From positions 8,191 to 72,190 of the forward strand of contig JAADEG010000008.1 of the NCBI GenBank assembly GCA_013153525.1: a stretch of 64,000 nt of DNA, read 5' to 3'. The notes below the pieces were generated by a model that did not search any database, was not told the DNA's origin, and saw nothing but the letters and a program-made list of their open reading frames with translations. Shown piece by piece: positions 41,963-51,392 of the stretch; the stretch's first letter is position 1; each line of letters opens with the position of its first letter. Position numbers and translations under genes: made by a program. Source of the DNA: Thermodesulfobacteriota bacterium. Its GTDB lineage: Bacteria; Desulfobacterota; Thermodesulfobacteria; Thermodesulfobacteriales; Thermodesulfobacteriaceae.

Positions 41963-42836
41963 AAGAGAGGTTTCTTTAAAAGGTGCAAAAGCTGTTAAAA
42001 AAGCTCTTGAAGAGCTCGGTTACGAATACGAATTTTTTGATCCTGCAAAAGATCTTTCAGAATTGGCAAAAAAGGCTAAAACCTTTGATTGTGCTTTTTT
42101 AGTATTACACGGACCAGGTGGAGAAGACGGAAAAATTCAGGGATTTCTTGAAAGTATAGGTCTTAAATATCAAGGAGCAGGTGTACTTGGTAGTGCCCTT
42201 GCGATGCACAAAGGTGTAGCTAAAACTCTATATTCTTCAGCAGGAATAAAAGTACCTAAGGGAAAAACTTTTTTTAAAACTTCAGACATAACAGAAATCG
42301 TTAACTTTAGTAAGGAGTTGGGGTTTCCTTTGGTAGTAAAACCTGCTTCTCAAGGATCAAGCATAGGGCTTTACATAGTTAAAAATTCCGAAGAGCTTGA
42401 GCATGCGTGTAAGTCTGTGTGGAAGATTGATTCAGAAGTCTTGATTGAAGAATATTTAAGAGGAAAAGAAATAACCGTTGGAGTACTTGAAAATACGGCT
42501 TTACCAGTAGTAGAAATCATTCCAAAACAGTCTGAAACATTTGACTACAAAACCAAATATACTCCTGGTCTTGCTGAAGAGATTTGTCCAGCTCCTATTA
42601 GTTCCTTTTTAACTGAAAAAGCACAAAAGATAGCACTAAAGTGTCACGAGGTCTTAAAACTCAGACATTACAGCAGAACTGACATGCTCATTATAGACGA
42701 CGAAGTATATGTACTTGAAACCAACACAATTCCTGGTATGACTGAAACCAGTCTTTTACCTCTTGCAGCAAGCACGATAGGTATCTCTTTTACTAATCTC
42801 GTAGAAAAATTAATTTCCCTTGCCTTGAGTTCTTAA
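41907..42836 (+). CDS. ddl: D-alanine--D-alanine ligase
   Basis: GGTSSEREVSL, LHGPGGEDG, KPASQGSS, FDYKTKY, ETNTIPGMT. Confidence 0.96.
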   Translation: MPLRKDLKIALLAGGTSSEREVSLKGAKAVKKALEELGYEYEFFDPAKDLSELAKKAKTFDCAFLVLHGPGGEDGKIQGFLESIGLKYQGAGVLGSALAMHKGVAKTLYSSAGIKVPKGKTFFKTSDITEIVNFSKELGFPLVVKPASQGSSIGLYIVKNSEELEHACKSVWKIDSEVLIEEYLRGKEITVGVLENTALPVVEIIPKQSETFDYKTKYTPGLAEEICPAPISSFLTEKAQKIALKCHEVLKLRHYSRTDMLIIDDEVYVLETNTIPGMTETSLLPLAASTIGISFTNLVEKLISLALSS

Positions 42837-42852
42837 ACTAATAATAAAAAAC

Positions 42853-42885
42853 AAAAAAGGGGGACCAATTGGTCCCCCCTTTTTT
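42853..42885. terminator. Bidirectional intrinsic terminator between convergent ddl and dsrD
   Basis: AAAAAA-GGGGGACC-AATT-GGTCCCCC-C-TTTTTT, GC stem with A and T tracts on either side. Confidence 0.88.
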
Positions 42886-42906
42886 ATTTAAACGATACCT
42901 ATGTTT

Positions 42907-43164
42907 TTATTCTTCGGGCTTGTGAGAATCAGCCTCTAAGCCCATTCCAACTCCAGGAAGTCCGAACATTACGGTACTTCCTGTAGAGAAGTACTCAAGC
43001 TTACCCTCTTTCACGAGCTCATTAGCTGCCATCTTGATTTCACGAGCCTTTGCCTCTGGAATCTCTCTCTGTAAATCCTTAAGATAAATCTTCGTTTTTC
43101 CACCTTTCTTAATTTTTGCTTCCATTACTTCCATGATCTTTTGCTTAAGCTGTTCCCTGTCCAT
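42907..43164 (-). CDS. dsrD: Dissimilatory sulfite reductase-associated protein DsrD
   Basis: KTKIYLKD, ANELVKEGKLEYFSTGSTVMFG; directly downstream of dsrB. Confidence 0.93.
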   Translation of the reverse strand: MDREQLKQKIMEVMEAKIKKGGKTKIYLKDLQREIPEAKAREIKMAANELVKEGKLEYFSTGSTVMFGLPGVGMGLEADSHKPEE

Positions 43165-43190
43165 GTTATCACCCCTTTATTAAATTTTTT

Positions 43191-44471
43191 TTATGCTTCT
43201 ACTTTTACTTCGTCAACATGCTTGGTGAACTTAAAGTGCGTCGTTGTTCTGTAGGTAGTATAAGCAAGTCTGTAGTCGTCAATGCTCTTATCAGTAAATG
43301 GAATCTCTGTAAGCTCAAAGAACTTCTCCCAACCAATTCTCTCAATCCAGTCTCCTACTCTCTCGTACTTATTAGCGTTCTCTGCATAAACCTCAAGGAT
43401 CTTCTTAATCCACTTTACTGCAGTTGGCCAACGAGGTGGTTCATTAGGAATGTAAGGAATTACGACTCTGGAGAACTTAGGAGGTGTTCTCCTGTTAGAA
43501 ACCTTTCCACCAACCACTATTGCAATACCGTCACCCTCTCCGTCAGCAATTGGCATTGCTGGACACATGGTGTAACAGTTACCACAGAACATACAACGAT
43601 CAGCGTTTACTCTTACTGTTTTCTTCTTCTGTCCGTCTATTTCTACTGTTGCAGGTTTAATTGCTCCAAGAGGACATGCAGCAATAACCAACGGAATTTC
43701 ACATACATGCTGAAGTCTGTCGTCCTCTACCATAGGTGGCTTTCTGTGAATTCCAACGATAGCGATGTCTGAACAGTGAACTGCTCCACACATGTTCAAA
43801 CAGCAAGCAAGAGCAAGTCTCGTCTTTGCAGGAAGCTTGTGAGAACCAAAGTACTCAAAAAGCTCGTCCATTATGGACTTAACAACTCCGGATGCGTCAA
43901 TTGCTGGAGTGTGACAGTGAATCCATCCCTGAGTGTGAACGATGTTACTTACTCCTGCACCGGTTCCTCCAATGGGGAACTTGTAAGAACCTGCAGGATG
44001 CTTTCTATTCTTAAGGTCTTCAATTAATGCCTTAAGTTTCTCCTCAGAATCTACTACGAATTCAACATTGTTTCTGGTAGTCCAACGAACATATCCATCA
44101 CAATACTTGTCTGCAATTTCACAGATCTCTCTAATGTAGTCAGTAGTCTCAAGACGAGGAGTTCCACACCTTACTACATAAACTACATCTCCAGTCTCAG
44201 ATACTCTCTTAATAACTCCAGGCTGGATAATCTCGTGAGATACCCACTTTCCGTAGTTTTTCTTAACAATAGGAGGCATAAACTGCCAATAATAAGGTGG
44301 TCCTATATCTGTAATTCTGTTTTCCATTGGTTTGTCAGGATTGTAAAGCTTTTCAGCTACATCTGGATAATAAGGCTCCTGAAATACGGGGTCCATTTCG
44401 TCTTTAAACTTACCATCTACCTCTTCATACTTACTCCAAAGCTCCTTTAATCTTTCAATTGCGTCAGCCAT
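43191..44471 (-). CDS. dsrB: Dissimilatory sulfite reductase beta subunit
   Basis: [58 protein letters not shown]. Confidence 0.98.
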   Translation of the reverse strand: MADAIERLKELWSKYEEVDGKFKDEMDPVFQEPYYPDVAEKLYNPDKPMENRITDIGPPYYWQFMPPIVKKNYGKWVSHEIIQPGVIKRVSETGDVVYVVRCGTPRLETTDYIREICEIADKYCDGYVRWTTRNNVEFVVDSEEKLKALIEDLKNRKHPAGSYKFPIGGTGAGVSNIVHTQGWIHCHTPAIDASGVVKSIMDELFEYFGSHKLPAKTRLALACCLNMCGAVHCSDIAIVGIHRKPPMVEDDRLQHVCEIPLVIAACPLGAIKPATVEIDGQKKKTVRVNADRCMFCGNCYTMCPAMPIADGEGDGIAIVVGGKVSNRRTPPKFSRVVIPYIPNEPPRWPTAVKWIKKILEVYAENANKYERVGDWIERIGWEKFFELTEIPFTDKSIDDYRLAYTTYRTTTHFKFTKHVDEVKVEA

Positions 44472-44536
44472 GTTCCCCTCCTTTTATTTTTAAATTTTTG
44501 TTTTCAACTTAATTTAAGCTAACTAACTCCCACACT

Positions 44537-45835
44537 TTACGCAGGATGACGCTTTCTAAACTCTTTAATGTCTCTCTGCCATCCACCAGGTACCTCTTCC
44601 TCTTTCCAGAAGATGTATGGGTTATCACGAGGTATTCTAATGTGCTGTGGAATTGGCTTAATTCCAACAACATCAGTAAGAAATCTGTTAAGTCCGATTC
44701 TCTGAATAAGCTCTCCAACTCTCTCTCTGTTCTTTCCAACTTCCATCCAGTAGTCCCAAATCTTATAAATGAATTCCTTAATGTCATCATAAGGTGGTTC
44801 AGGTCTCCAGAATGGAATAAGTACCGTAGAAAGCTGTGCTCCCTCAAGAATTGGTGCCTTTGCTCCAATAAGGATACAAACTCCTCTATCCTTTCCAGGT
44901 TTAAGTGCCTGTGGCATTACTGCAATACAGTGCATACATCTTACACACTCTTTATTATCAATGTAAAGTTTCTGCTCTTTCTCGTCCCAATACATACACT
45001 TTGCAGGACACATGTCTATAACTTCTTTCTTGATGTCAAATGGACCCCAATCTCTATCAGAAAATGCTCCAGCATTGGGCTTAAGCTCTCCGTTTACATA
45101 AGCCCTTACTGCCTCCTGATCAATCTGAATATCGTCTCTCCAAATTCCAATAAAAGACAAGTCTGCACGAGCAATTGCTGCAACGCAGTCTAATGGACAT
45201 CCAGAAAACTTAAACTTAAACTTGTATGGAAATGCTGGACGATGAAGCTCGTCCTGGAAGTGCATGGTTAATTCGTAGTCAAGATCCTGAACATCGTACA
45301 AACACCACTCACAAAGAGACTTACCCATACAACATGCAGGACTTCTCAAGTTAGATCCAGATCCTCCAAGATCCCAGTGAAACTGATGAGTTAAATCAAA
45401 AAATACAGGTTCAAGCTGTTCAGTTACTGTTCCGATAAGAACCATGTCTCCAGTAGATCCGTGAAAGTTAACAAGTCCACTTCCACGATGATCCCACATC
45501 TCACAAAGCTTCTTTAATGCAGAAGTGTGATACCACTTACCAGCCGTGTGATGTACACGAATTGTATGAAATGCCCAAATAGAAGGAAATTTGTCCTGCT
45601 GGTCAGAATAACGACCTATAACTCCTCCTCCATATCCAAATACTCCAACTATTCCTCCGTGCTTCCAATGAGTCTCTTTGTGCTTATAAGATAACTCTAA
45701 CTGTGCCATAATGTCAAAACTTGACTGCTTGTTGTGCTTCTCTCCATAAGTATAAATGTCATCCACAAAACTTGGCCAAGGTCCCTTCTTTAATTCGTCC
45801 ACCATTGGCGTATCATGCTTCTTTACTTCACTCAT
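44537..45835 (-). CDS. dsrA: Dissimilatory sulfite reductase alpha subunit
   Basis: GPWPSFV, THWKHGGIVGVFGYGGGVIGRY, HGSTGD, FPYKFKFKFSGCP, CVRCMHC. Confidence 0.98.
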   Translation of the reverse strand: MSEVKKHDTPMVDELKKGPWPSFVDDIYTYGEKHNKQSSFDIMAQLELSYKHKETHWKHGGIVGVFGYGGGVIGRYSDQQDKFPSIWAFHTIRVHHTAGKWYHTSALKKLCEMWDHRGSGLVNFHGSTGDMVLIGTVTEQLEPVFFDLTHQFHWDLGGSGSNLRSPACCMGKSLCEWCLYDVQDLDYELTMHFQDELHRPAFPYKFKFKFSGCPLDCVAAIARADLSFIGIWRDDIQIDQEAVRAYVNGELKPNAGAFSDRDWGPFDIKKEVIDMCPAKCMYWDEKEQKLYIDNKECVRCMHCIAVMPQALKPGKDRGVCILIGAKAPILEGAQLSTVLIPFWRPEPPYDDIKEFIYKIWDYWMEVGKNRERVGELIQRIGLNRFLTDVVGIKPIPQHIRIPRDNPYIFWKEEEVPGGWQRDIKEFRKRHPA

Positions 45836-45868
45836 CGTCCCCTCCCTTCAATTTTTGGTATATTACCG

Positions 45869-45896
45869 ATTTTATTTAATTTTACAATTATGTCAA
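45869..45896 (-). promoter_or_regulatory. Putative sigma-70 promoter of dsrABD
   Basis: Minus strand TTGACA-16 nt-TAAAAT upstream of GGAGG RBS. Confidence 0.6.
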
Positions 45897-46059
45897 GAAG
45901 AAAAAATGGTAAATATTTTAAAATAATCTCTTTTAAATCCACTTTTTGGCTTTTTCATAACTGTTTTCTCCTTTTTTGTTCTCTTTTTAAAGTATTACGC
46001 ACCTCTAAACCTCTTCACACTTGTCTTTTTCTAAAAATCTGGTATAAAAAATCTTTACC

Positions 46060-48093
46060 ATGGATGAAATCAAACTTCTAAAAGACTTGTTAAATCAAAA
46101 TCTTAATAACCCTGAAGCATTAAGTAAAATCATATCTCAATTTGAAAATAAACTTCGCCCTGTTTTTATTTTGGAAGTAATTATTGAATTATTACAAACT
46201 AAAAAAATGCCTAAGCACACCGAACTCGTCCTCTGGGAAAAAGCTGCTCAACTCTGCGAAAAAATATACGAATTTAGAAGAGCTCTTGGAATATACAAAA
46301 AACTTTACACACTTACAGGAAAAGAAACCTATCTTACCAAACTTGAAATATTAAAAAACCTTAAAGTATTTGAAAAACTTAAAGACTTATTAAAAAAATT
46401 ACAGCTCTCTAAAGAAGATCTTATCTCTATTTACAACGAATCGCTCTCTACCGGGAAAAGTATTGAGTATATTTTAATAGAAAAATTTAAAGTACCCAAA
46501 GACAAAATTCTTGAGTCCATTAAAAACTTTTATCAGGTACCAGTTTTTGACCTTAAAGATCTCCTTAAACTTCACAAAGTACAACAGGCTTTAAACATTA
46601 AAAAAAGTTTTTTCATAGAAAAACTCTGTCTGCCTTTTGAGCATCCAGAAAAACACAAAATTATACTCGTTTGTTATTATCCAAAAGATAAAGAATCTAT
46701 AGAAACTGTTAAAAAAATTCTTCAATTAACAACTGAAGAACCTATAATAGGCTTTGCTATTAAAGAAGACCTCCTTGAGGCTATTGAAAGGTACTTTTCT
46801 GACCTTACTACTCAATTGGGATTTGAAGACCTGTTTATAGAAGAAGTCGTTGAAGAACCCGAAGAAGAAATTGAAGACACCTCTGCAATTGAAGATAGCG
46901 TCATCGTTCAACTCGTAAACAAAGTCATTGAAGAAGCCTATGTAAAAGGTGCCTCAGACATCCACTGGGAAAGCTTAACCGGTAAAAAAGGACTTCAGAT
47001 TAGGTTTAGAATAGACGGTGACTGCTTTGTGTATAGTACCATTCCTGAAACCCAAAAAAGGGCAGTCATTTCCCGTATTAAAATAATGGCAAACCTTGAC
47101 ATTTCTCAAAGAAGACTACCTCAGGACGGAAAAATTAAGTTTAAAACCAAAGACGGAAAGGTTTTTGAACTTAGAGTAGCTACCATTCCCACTATTGAAA
47201 ACAACGAAGATGTAGTAATGAGAATCCTCGGAGGTTTAAATTTCCGTACTCTTGAAGAAATAGACTTAAGAGAAGAAACCTACGAAGGATTTAAAAAGAT
47301 ATTAAGCCTGCCTTACGGACTCATTCTCGTAGTAGGACCTACGGGATCTGGAAAAACTACGACCCTTCACGCTGCCCTTAAGTATCTCAATCAACCAAAT
47401 AAAAAAATATGGACTGCTGAAGACCCAGTAGAAATCGTTCAAGAAGGACTAAGACAGGTTCAAATCAATCCTAAAACCGGTTTAACTTTTGCACGAGTAT
47501 TAAGAGCATTTTTGAGAGCTGACCCAGACATCATAATGATAGGAGAAACGAGAGATCAAGAAACTGCTCACACACTCATAGAAGCCTCTCTTACCGGTCA
47601 CTTAGTTCTTTCAACTTTACACACCAATAGTGCTCCTGAAACCATCGTAAGGCTGTTAAACATGGGAGTTGACCCTTACAACTTCGCAGACGCACTTCTC
47701 GGTATCCTTGCTCAGAGACTTGCTAAAAGACTCTGCCCCCATTGTAAAGAACCTTACACTCCCTCAGAAGAAGAAATAGAAAGGCTTAAAAGAGAATACG
47801 GAAATCATCCCGTAAAACCCCTTACAGAAGACTTAATAAAAAACGCTACCTTCTATAGACCCGTAGGTTGTTCTAAGTGTAATTTTAGTGGTTTTAAAGG
47901 TAGAATTGCTATACACGAGCTTTTAATACCCGACGACGACATTAAGAAACTCATAGTAAAAGCTGCTCCTGCTAACGAAATCAGAGAAGCTGCCATTCAA
48001 AAGGGATTTCTTACCCTCAAACAGGACGGTATTCTCAAAGTCCTAAAAGGAGAAACCACACTTAAACAAATACAGGCAGTAACAGTTAGATAA
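46060..48093 (+). CDS. GspE/PilB-family secretion/pilus ATPase
   Basis: RLPQDG, GPTGSGKTT, TAEDPVE, LRADPDIIMIGETRD, TLHTN, CPHC...CSKC zinc motif. Confidence 0.93.
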   Translation: MDEIKLLKDLLNQNLNNPEALSKIISQFENKLRPVFILEVIIELLQTKKMPKHTELVLWEKAAQLCEKIYEFRRALGIYKKLYTLTGKETYLTKLEILKNLKVFEKLKDLLKKLQLSKEDLISIYNESLSTGKSIEYILIEKFKVPKDKILESIKNFYQVPVFDLKDLLKLHKVQQALNIKKSFFIEKLCLPFEHPEKHKIILVCYYPKDKESIETVKKILQLTTEEPIIGFAIKEDLLEAIERYFSDLTTQLGFEDLFIEEVVEEPEEEIEDTSAIEDSVIVQLVNKVIEEAYVKGASDIHWESLTGKKGLQIRFRIDGDCFVYSTIPETQKRAVISRIKIMANLDISQRRLPQDGKIKFKTKDGKVFELRVATIPTIENNEDVVMRILGGLNFRTLEEIDLREETYEGFKKILSLPYGLILVVGPTGSGKTTTLHAALKYLNQPNKKIWTAEDPVEIVQEGLRQVQINPKTGLTFARVLRAFLRADPDIIMIGETRDQETAHTLIEASLTGHLVLSTLHTNSAPETIVRLLNMGVDPYNFADALLGILAQRLAKRLCPHCKEPYTPSEEEIERLKREYGNHPVKPLTEDLIKNATFYRPVGCSKCNFSGFKGRIAIHELLIPDDDIKKLIVKAAPANEIREAAIQKGFLTLKQDGILKVLKGETTLKQIQAVTVR

Positions 48094-48113
48094 AAAAATA
48101 AAGGAGCGTAAAA

Positions 48114-49511
48114 ATGGGGGCATCTGTAGGCTTTTTTGGGGGAGCTCAAACCGTTACTGGAAGTTGTTTCCTTTTAGACATAAGAGGTACTAAAATACTA
48201 ATAGATTGCGGAATGTTTCAGGGACTTGACCACGATAAGAATTATCAAAAGTTTCCTTTTAATCCAGAAGAAGTTTCTTACCTTCTTTTAACGCACGCTC
48301 ACATAGATCACTGTGGAAGAATCCCTCTTCTCGTTAAAGAGGGGTTTAAAGGTGACATCATTTGCACCAAGCCTACTGCTCAAATAGCTAAAATTATGCT
48401 TCTTGACGCTGCTAAGGTAATGAAGGAACACTACAAAACCCTGTACAGAAAAGCCATAAGAAAAGGAAAAGAGCTTCCACCTCCTCCTCTTTACGATACC
48501 TACGATGTAATTAAAAGCTTTTGCCATTTTAGAATGCTCGTTTATTACGACACCCCTGTTTTGTTAAAAGAAGACATAAAAATAACTTTTAGAAATGCTG
48601 GACACATCTTAGGCTCTGCATTTATAGAAATAGAAGACCTTAAAGAAAACAAAAAACTCGTATTTTCAGGAGACCTTGGTAACAAAGACAAACCCATTAT
48701 TAAGCAACCAGAACTTCCTAAGGACGCTGACTTCGTGTTTATGGAAACGACTTACGGTGATAGAAATCACAAATCTTTTGAAGAGTCTAAAAAAGAACTT
48801 CTTGAGGCTATAGTTGAAACCTTTGACAGAGGAGGAAATGTACTAATCCCCTCTTTTGCTCTTGAAAGGGCTCAAGAAATCTTATTCATTTTAAGAGAAT
48901 TTTATGAAGAAGGTAAGTTACCCAAGTGCCATGTTTTCTTGGATAGCCCGCTTGCTATTAAAGCAACCCAAATATTTAAAGATAATCCTGAATTTTACGA
49001 CGAAGAAACTTTTGAAATATTCGTTCACGAAGATCCTTTTGACTTTCCGTATCTTGAGTTTACAGAAGATGTAGAAGAGTCAAAGACTATAAACAACTTT
49101 AAAAGCAACGCAATTATAATTGCTGGAAATGGTACCGTAAGCGGAGGTAGAATTCTTCATCACTTAAAAAACAATCTGTGGAGACCGGAGTGTAGTCTCG
49201 TGTTCGTAGGATTTCAACCCAAGGGCACGCTTGGTAGAAATATCGTTAACGGAGCCAAAAAAGTACACTTATTTGGAGAAGAAATTCCTGTCAAAGCTAA
49301 AGTATATACCATAAACGGCTTCTCTTCCCACGCAGATCAAAGTGAACTTTTACATTGGTTATCAAGCTTCCCTAAGGTAAAAACCTTACACTTAATCCAC
49401 GGTGAACCTGAAAAAATGGAAGTTTTTGAAAAAGTCGTAAGAGAAAAACTTGGTAATAAGATAGAAAAAATTTTAATGCCCTCTTATGGAGAAGTCTTGG
49501 AGCTTTATTAA
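48114..49511 (+). CDS. Metallo-beta-lactamase / beta-CASP family ribonuclease
   Basis: VTGSC, DCGMFQG, THAHIDHCG, AGHILGS, FSGDLG, ETTYGDR, FSSHAD, HGE. Confidence 0.92.
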   Translation: MGASVGFFGGAQTVTGSCFLLDIRGTKILIDCGMFQGLDHDKNYQKFPFNPEEVSYLLLTHAHIDHCGRIPLLVKEGFKGDIICTKPTAQIAKIMLLDAAKVMKEHYKTLYRKAIRKGKELPPPPLYDTYDVIKSFCHFRMLVYYDTPVLLKEDIKITFRNAGHILGSAFIEIEDLKENKKLVFSGDLGNKDKPIIKQPELPKDADFVFMETTYGDRNHKSFEESKKELLEAIVETFDRGGNVLIPSFALERAQEILFILREFYEEGKLPKCHVFLDSPLAIKATQIFKDNPEFYDEETFEIFVHEDPFDFPYLEFTEDVEESKTINNFKSNAIIIAGNGTVSGGRILHHLKNNLWRPECSLVFVGFQPKGTLGRNIVNGAKKVHLFGEEIPVKAKVYTINGFSSHADQSELLHWLSSFPKVKTLHLIHGEPEKMEVFEKVVREKLGNKIEKILMPSYGEVLELY

Positions 49512-50240
49512 CTTTCCCGTAAGACTACCAAAAATGGGAAGTCCGCTTTTTAACACTAAGGGAAGCCTTGAGTTTATGTCAAGATAAACCTCTACTTCTG
49601 AACTTCTTTTTAAAAGTTCGCTCTTCTTAGGTAACTTCACCTTTATTTTAAAACACCGTCTATTTTTGTAAGTTACGATCTTTTCTACTTTTATTTTAAC
49701 TGAAGACAAAGTTCCTCTTATGTACAAAGGAAGTCTTACGCAGGGTGTTTTAAAGTAGTTTATAAAAAAAGCTGCAACGAAAGCAGAAAGTTCGTCGTAC
49801 AAAGGAAAACTTATATTTTTTACTTCCTTAGTAGAAGGATTGGGCAATAGGTATTTAATTATTACCTCTCGTTTTTGAGGATAAAAAAGGATTAACTTTT
49901 TTCTTTTTTTAGATCTGTGTCTGCTGTAGATTAATATTTTGACAGGATGTCCTGTACTATCTATCCAGGTTTCCCACTTTGCGTAAAAGGGATATACCAA
50001 GTTTCCTATACCTATGGTATAAACGACGGAAGTGTACTTCTTAGGAGTGATAGTGATGGTGCTTTTTCCAAGGGGAATTGGTCCCCAGTAAATTTTGTAG
50101 TAAAGTTTAAGATTTTTCTTAGGTATTTTAACATCGTATAATAGATGTATTCTTTTAGAACAGGCAGTATTAGGAAGTAAGAAAAAAATGATAAATGTAA
50201 TCACAAACTTAAATTTTTTCATCATTCTTAAAAATAACAT
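49473..50240 (-). CDS. DUF3108-like exported protein
   Basis: N-terminal hydrophobic signal, LYYKIYWGPIPLG, YDELSA, beta-rich C-terminus. Confidence 0.55.
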   Translation of the reverse strand: MLFLRMMKKFKFVITFIIFFLLPNTACSKRIHLLYDVKIPKKNLKLYYKIYWGPIPLGKSTITITPKKYTSVVYTIGIGNLVYPFYAKWETWIDSTGHPVKILIYSRHRSKKRKKLILFYPQKREVIIKYLLPNPSTKEVKNISFPLYDELSAFVAAFFINYFKTPCVRLPLYIRGTLSSVKIKVEKIVTYKNRRCFKIKVKLPKKSELLKRSSEVEVYLDINSRLPLVLKSGLPIFGSLTGKLIKLQDFSIRGH

Positions 50241-50298
50241 CTTTAAAAAATTTTTAAACCCTTGCCCTTTAAAATTTCTTCTTTAAAATATCTTTCCT

Positions 50299-50880
50299 AT
50301 GGAAAGAGAAAGATTCGTTCCAGATACCAGTATCTTCACTAATCCAGATGTGTATGTCCAGTTCGGAAGCAATCCTACAGAGGCTTTTACCAATTTTCTC
50401 TTAATGGTTGCAGAACTTGAAGGCTATGTGTATGTCTATATCCCAACCTCTGTGTTTGAAGAAATGAAAAGAATGCTTAAAGAACTCAAGCTTCCACCAA
50501 AAGCAAGATCCGTATTAAAAGTAAAGTCCCCTAAAAAGTACGAATTGTACATCCCTGCTTTTTTAATGTACGAATTTATAGAAGAGCTAAGAAACCGAAT
50601 TAACAAAGGTTTAAGAGTTGCTGAAGAAGCAGTTAAGGCATCAACTTACAAAAAACCAGAAGAAGTAATAAAATTTTTGAGAAGACGCTACAGAGAAGTA
50701 TTAAGAGAAGGAATAGTTGACAGCAAAGAGGACTTGGAAATTATTCTTCTTGCTCTTGAGCTTGACGCAATAGTACTTTCAGCTGACAGAGGCGTTCTTA
50801 ACATGGCTGACAAACTCGGACTAAGATACCTTGAACCTAAGGACATAAAAGACACTCTTGAAGGATTTAAGTTTCTTTAA
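50299..50880 (+). CDS. Protein-only RNase P (HARP, Aq_880 family)
   Basis: PIN-like FVPDTSIFTNP, RINKGLRVAE, YREVLREGIVDSKEDLE, SADRG; 193 aa. Confidence 0.9.
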   Translation: MERERFVPDTSIFTNPDVYVQFGSNPTEAFTNFLLMVAELEGYVYVYIPTSVFEEMKRMLKELKLPPKARSVLKVKSPKKYELYIPAFLMYEFIEELRNRINKGLRVAEEAVKASTYKKPEEVIKFLRRRYREVLREGIVDSKEDLEIILLALELDAIVLSADRGVLNMADKLGLRYLEPKDIKDTLEGFKFL

Positions 50881-51392
50881 TATATATTAAATAGTATCTG
50901 CTGAGAAATAAGTTCCACTACATCCTCTGCAAGTTTTTTTAAAGCTTCTTCTTTAGCAAGCCCTCTTTCTTCAGGAGAACCCACGGGAACTTCGTAAACC
51001 TCACTTCTTTTTACTTCTCCACTTACCAGTACTTTTCCCGTAGTTCTGTCAATTACTTGATAATCTCCACAAAACTCTATTTTTACTTCACTAACCTTAG
51101 AAAAACTTAAGTAACCAACAGGTGTAAGATAAATGTAATTCACCTTACCAACCACCAAGTATCCTGCCTCTTTTTTGTTGAAAACAGGAACGAACTTACC
51201 ACTTTCTACTAAGGACTTCCTTAATTCAGAAGCAATAAGAGCCCCAAAACCAGGTTCTGAACTGTAGTCCTTCCAAACTCCTATGTAAATTTTACGAACC
51301 TTGCCAGAAGCAGAAAAAAGTCTATACCCACACCCTAATAACAAAAAACTACACAACAAAATTAATAAGCTTTTTCGGAACGAAGATAACAT
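50877..51392 (-). CDS. lptE: LPS assembly lipoprotein LptE
   Basis: Lipobox LLGCGYR; directly downstream of leuS. Confidence 0.75.
   Translation of the reverse strand: MLSSFRKSLLILLCSFLLLGCGYRLFSASGKVRKIYIGVWKDYSSEPGFGALIASELRKSLVESGKFVPVFNKKEAGYLVVGKVNYIYLTPVGYLSFSKVSEVKIEFCGDYQVIDRTTGKVLVSGEVKRSEVYEVPVGSPEERGLAKEEALKKLAEDVVELISQQILFNIY

Noticed and set aside
43218-45193. Long antisense ORFs (184 and 215 aa) over dsrAB and a 119-aa alternate-frame ORF at 44509-44868
   Set aside because: They fully overlap highly conserved genes, have no RBS or recognisable motifs, and are explained by codon bias in highly expressed genes.
45870-45890. Possible Rex operator in the dsrA promoter (TTGTAAAATTAAATAAAA)
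   Set aside because: Only one half-site resembles TTGTGAA-N4-TTCACAA, in very AT-rich sequence.
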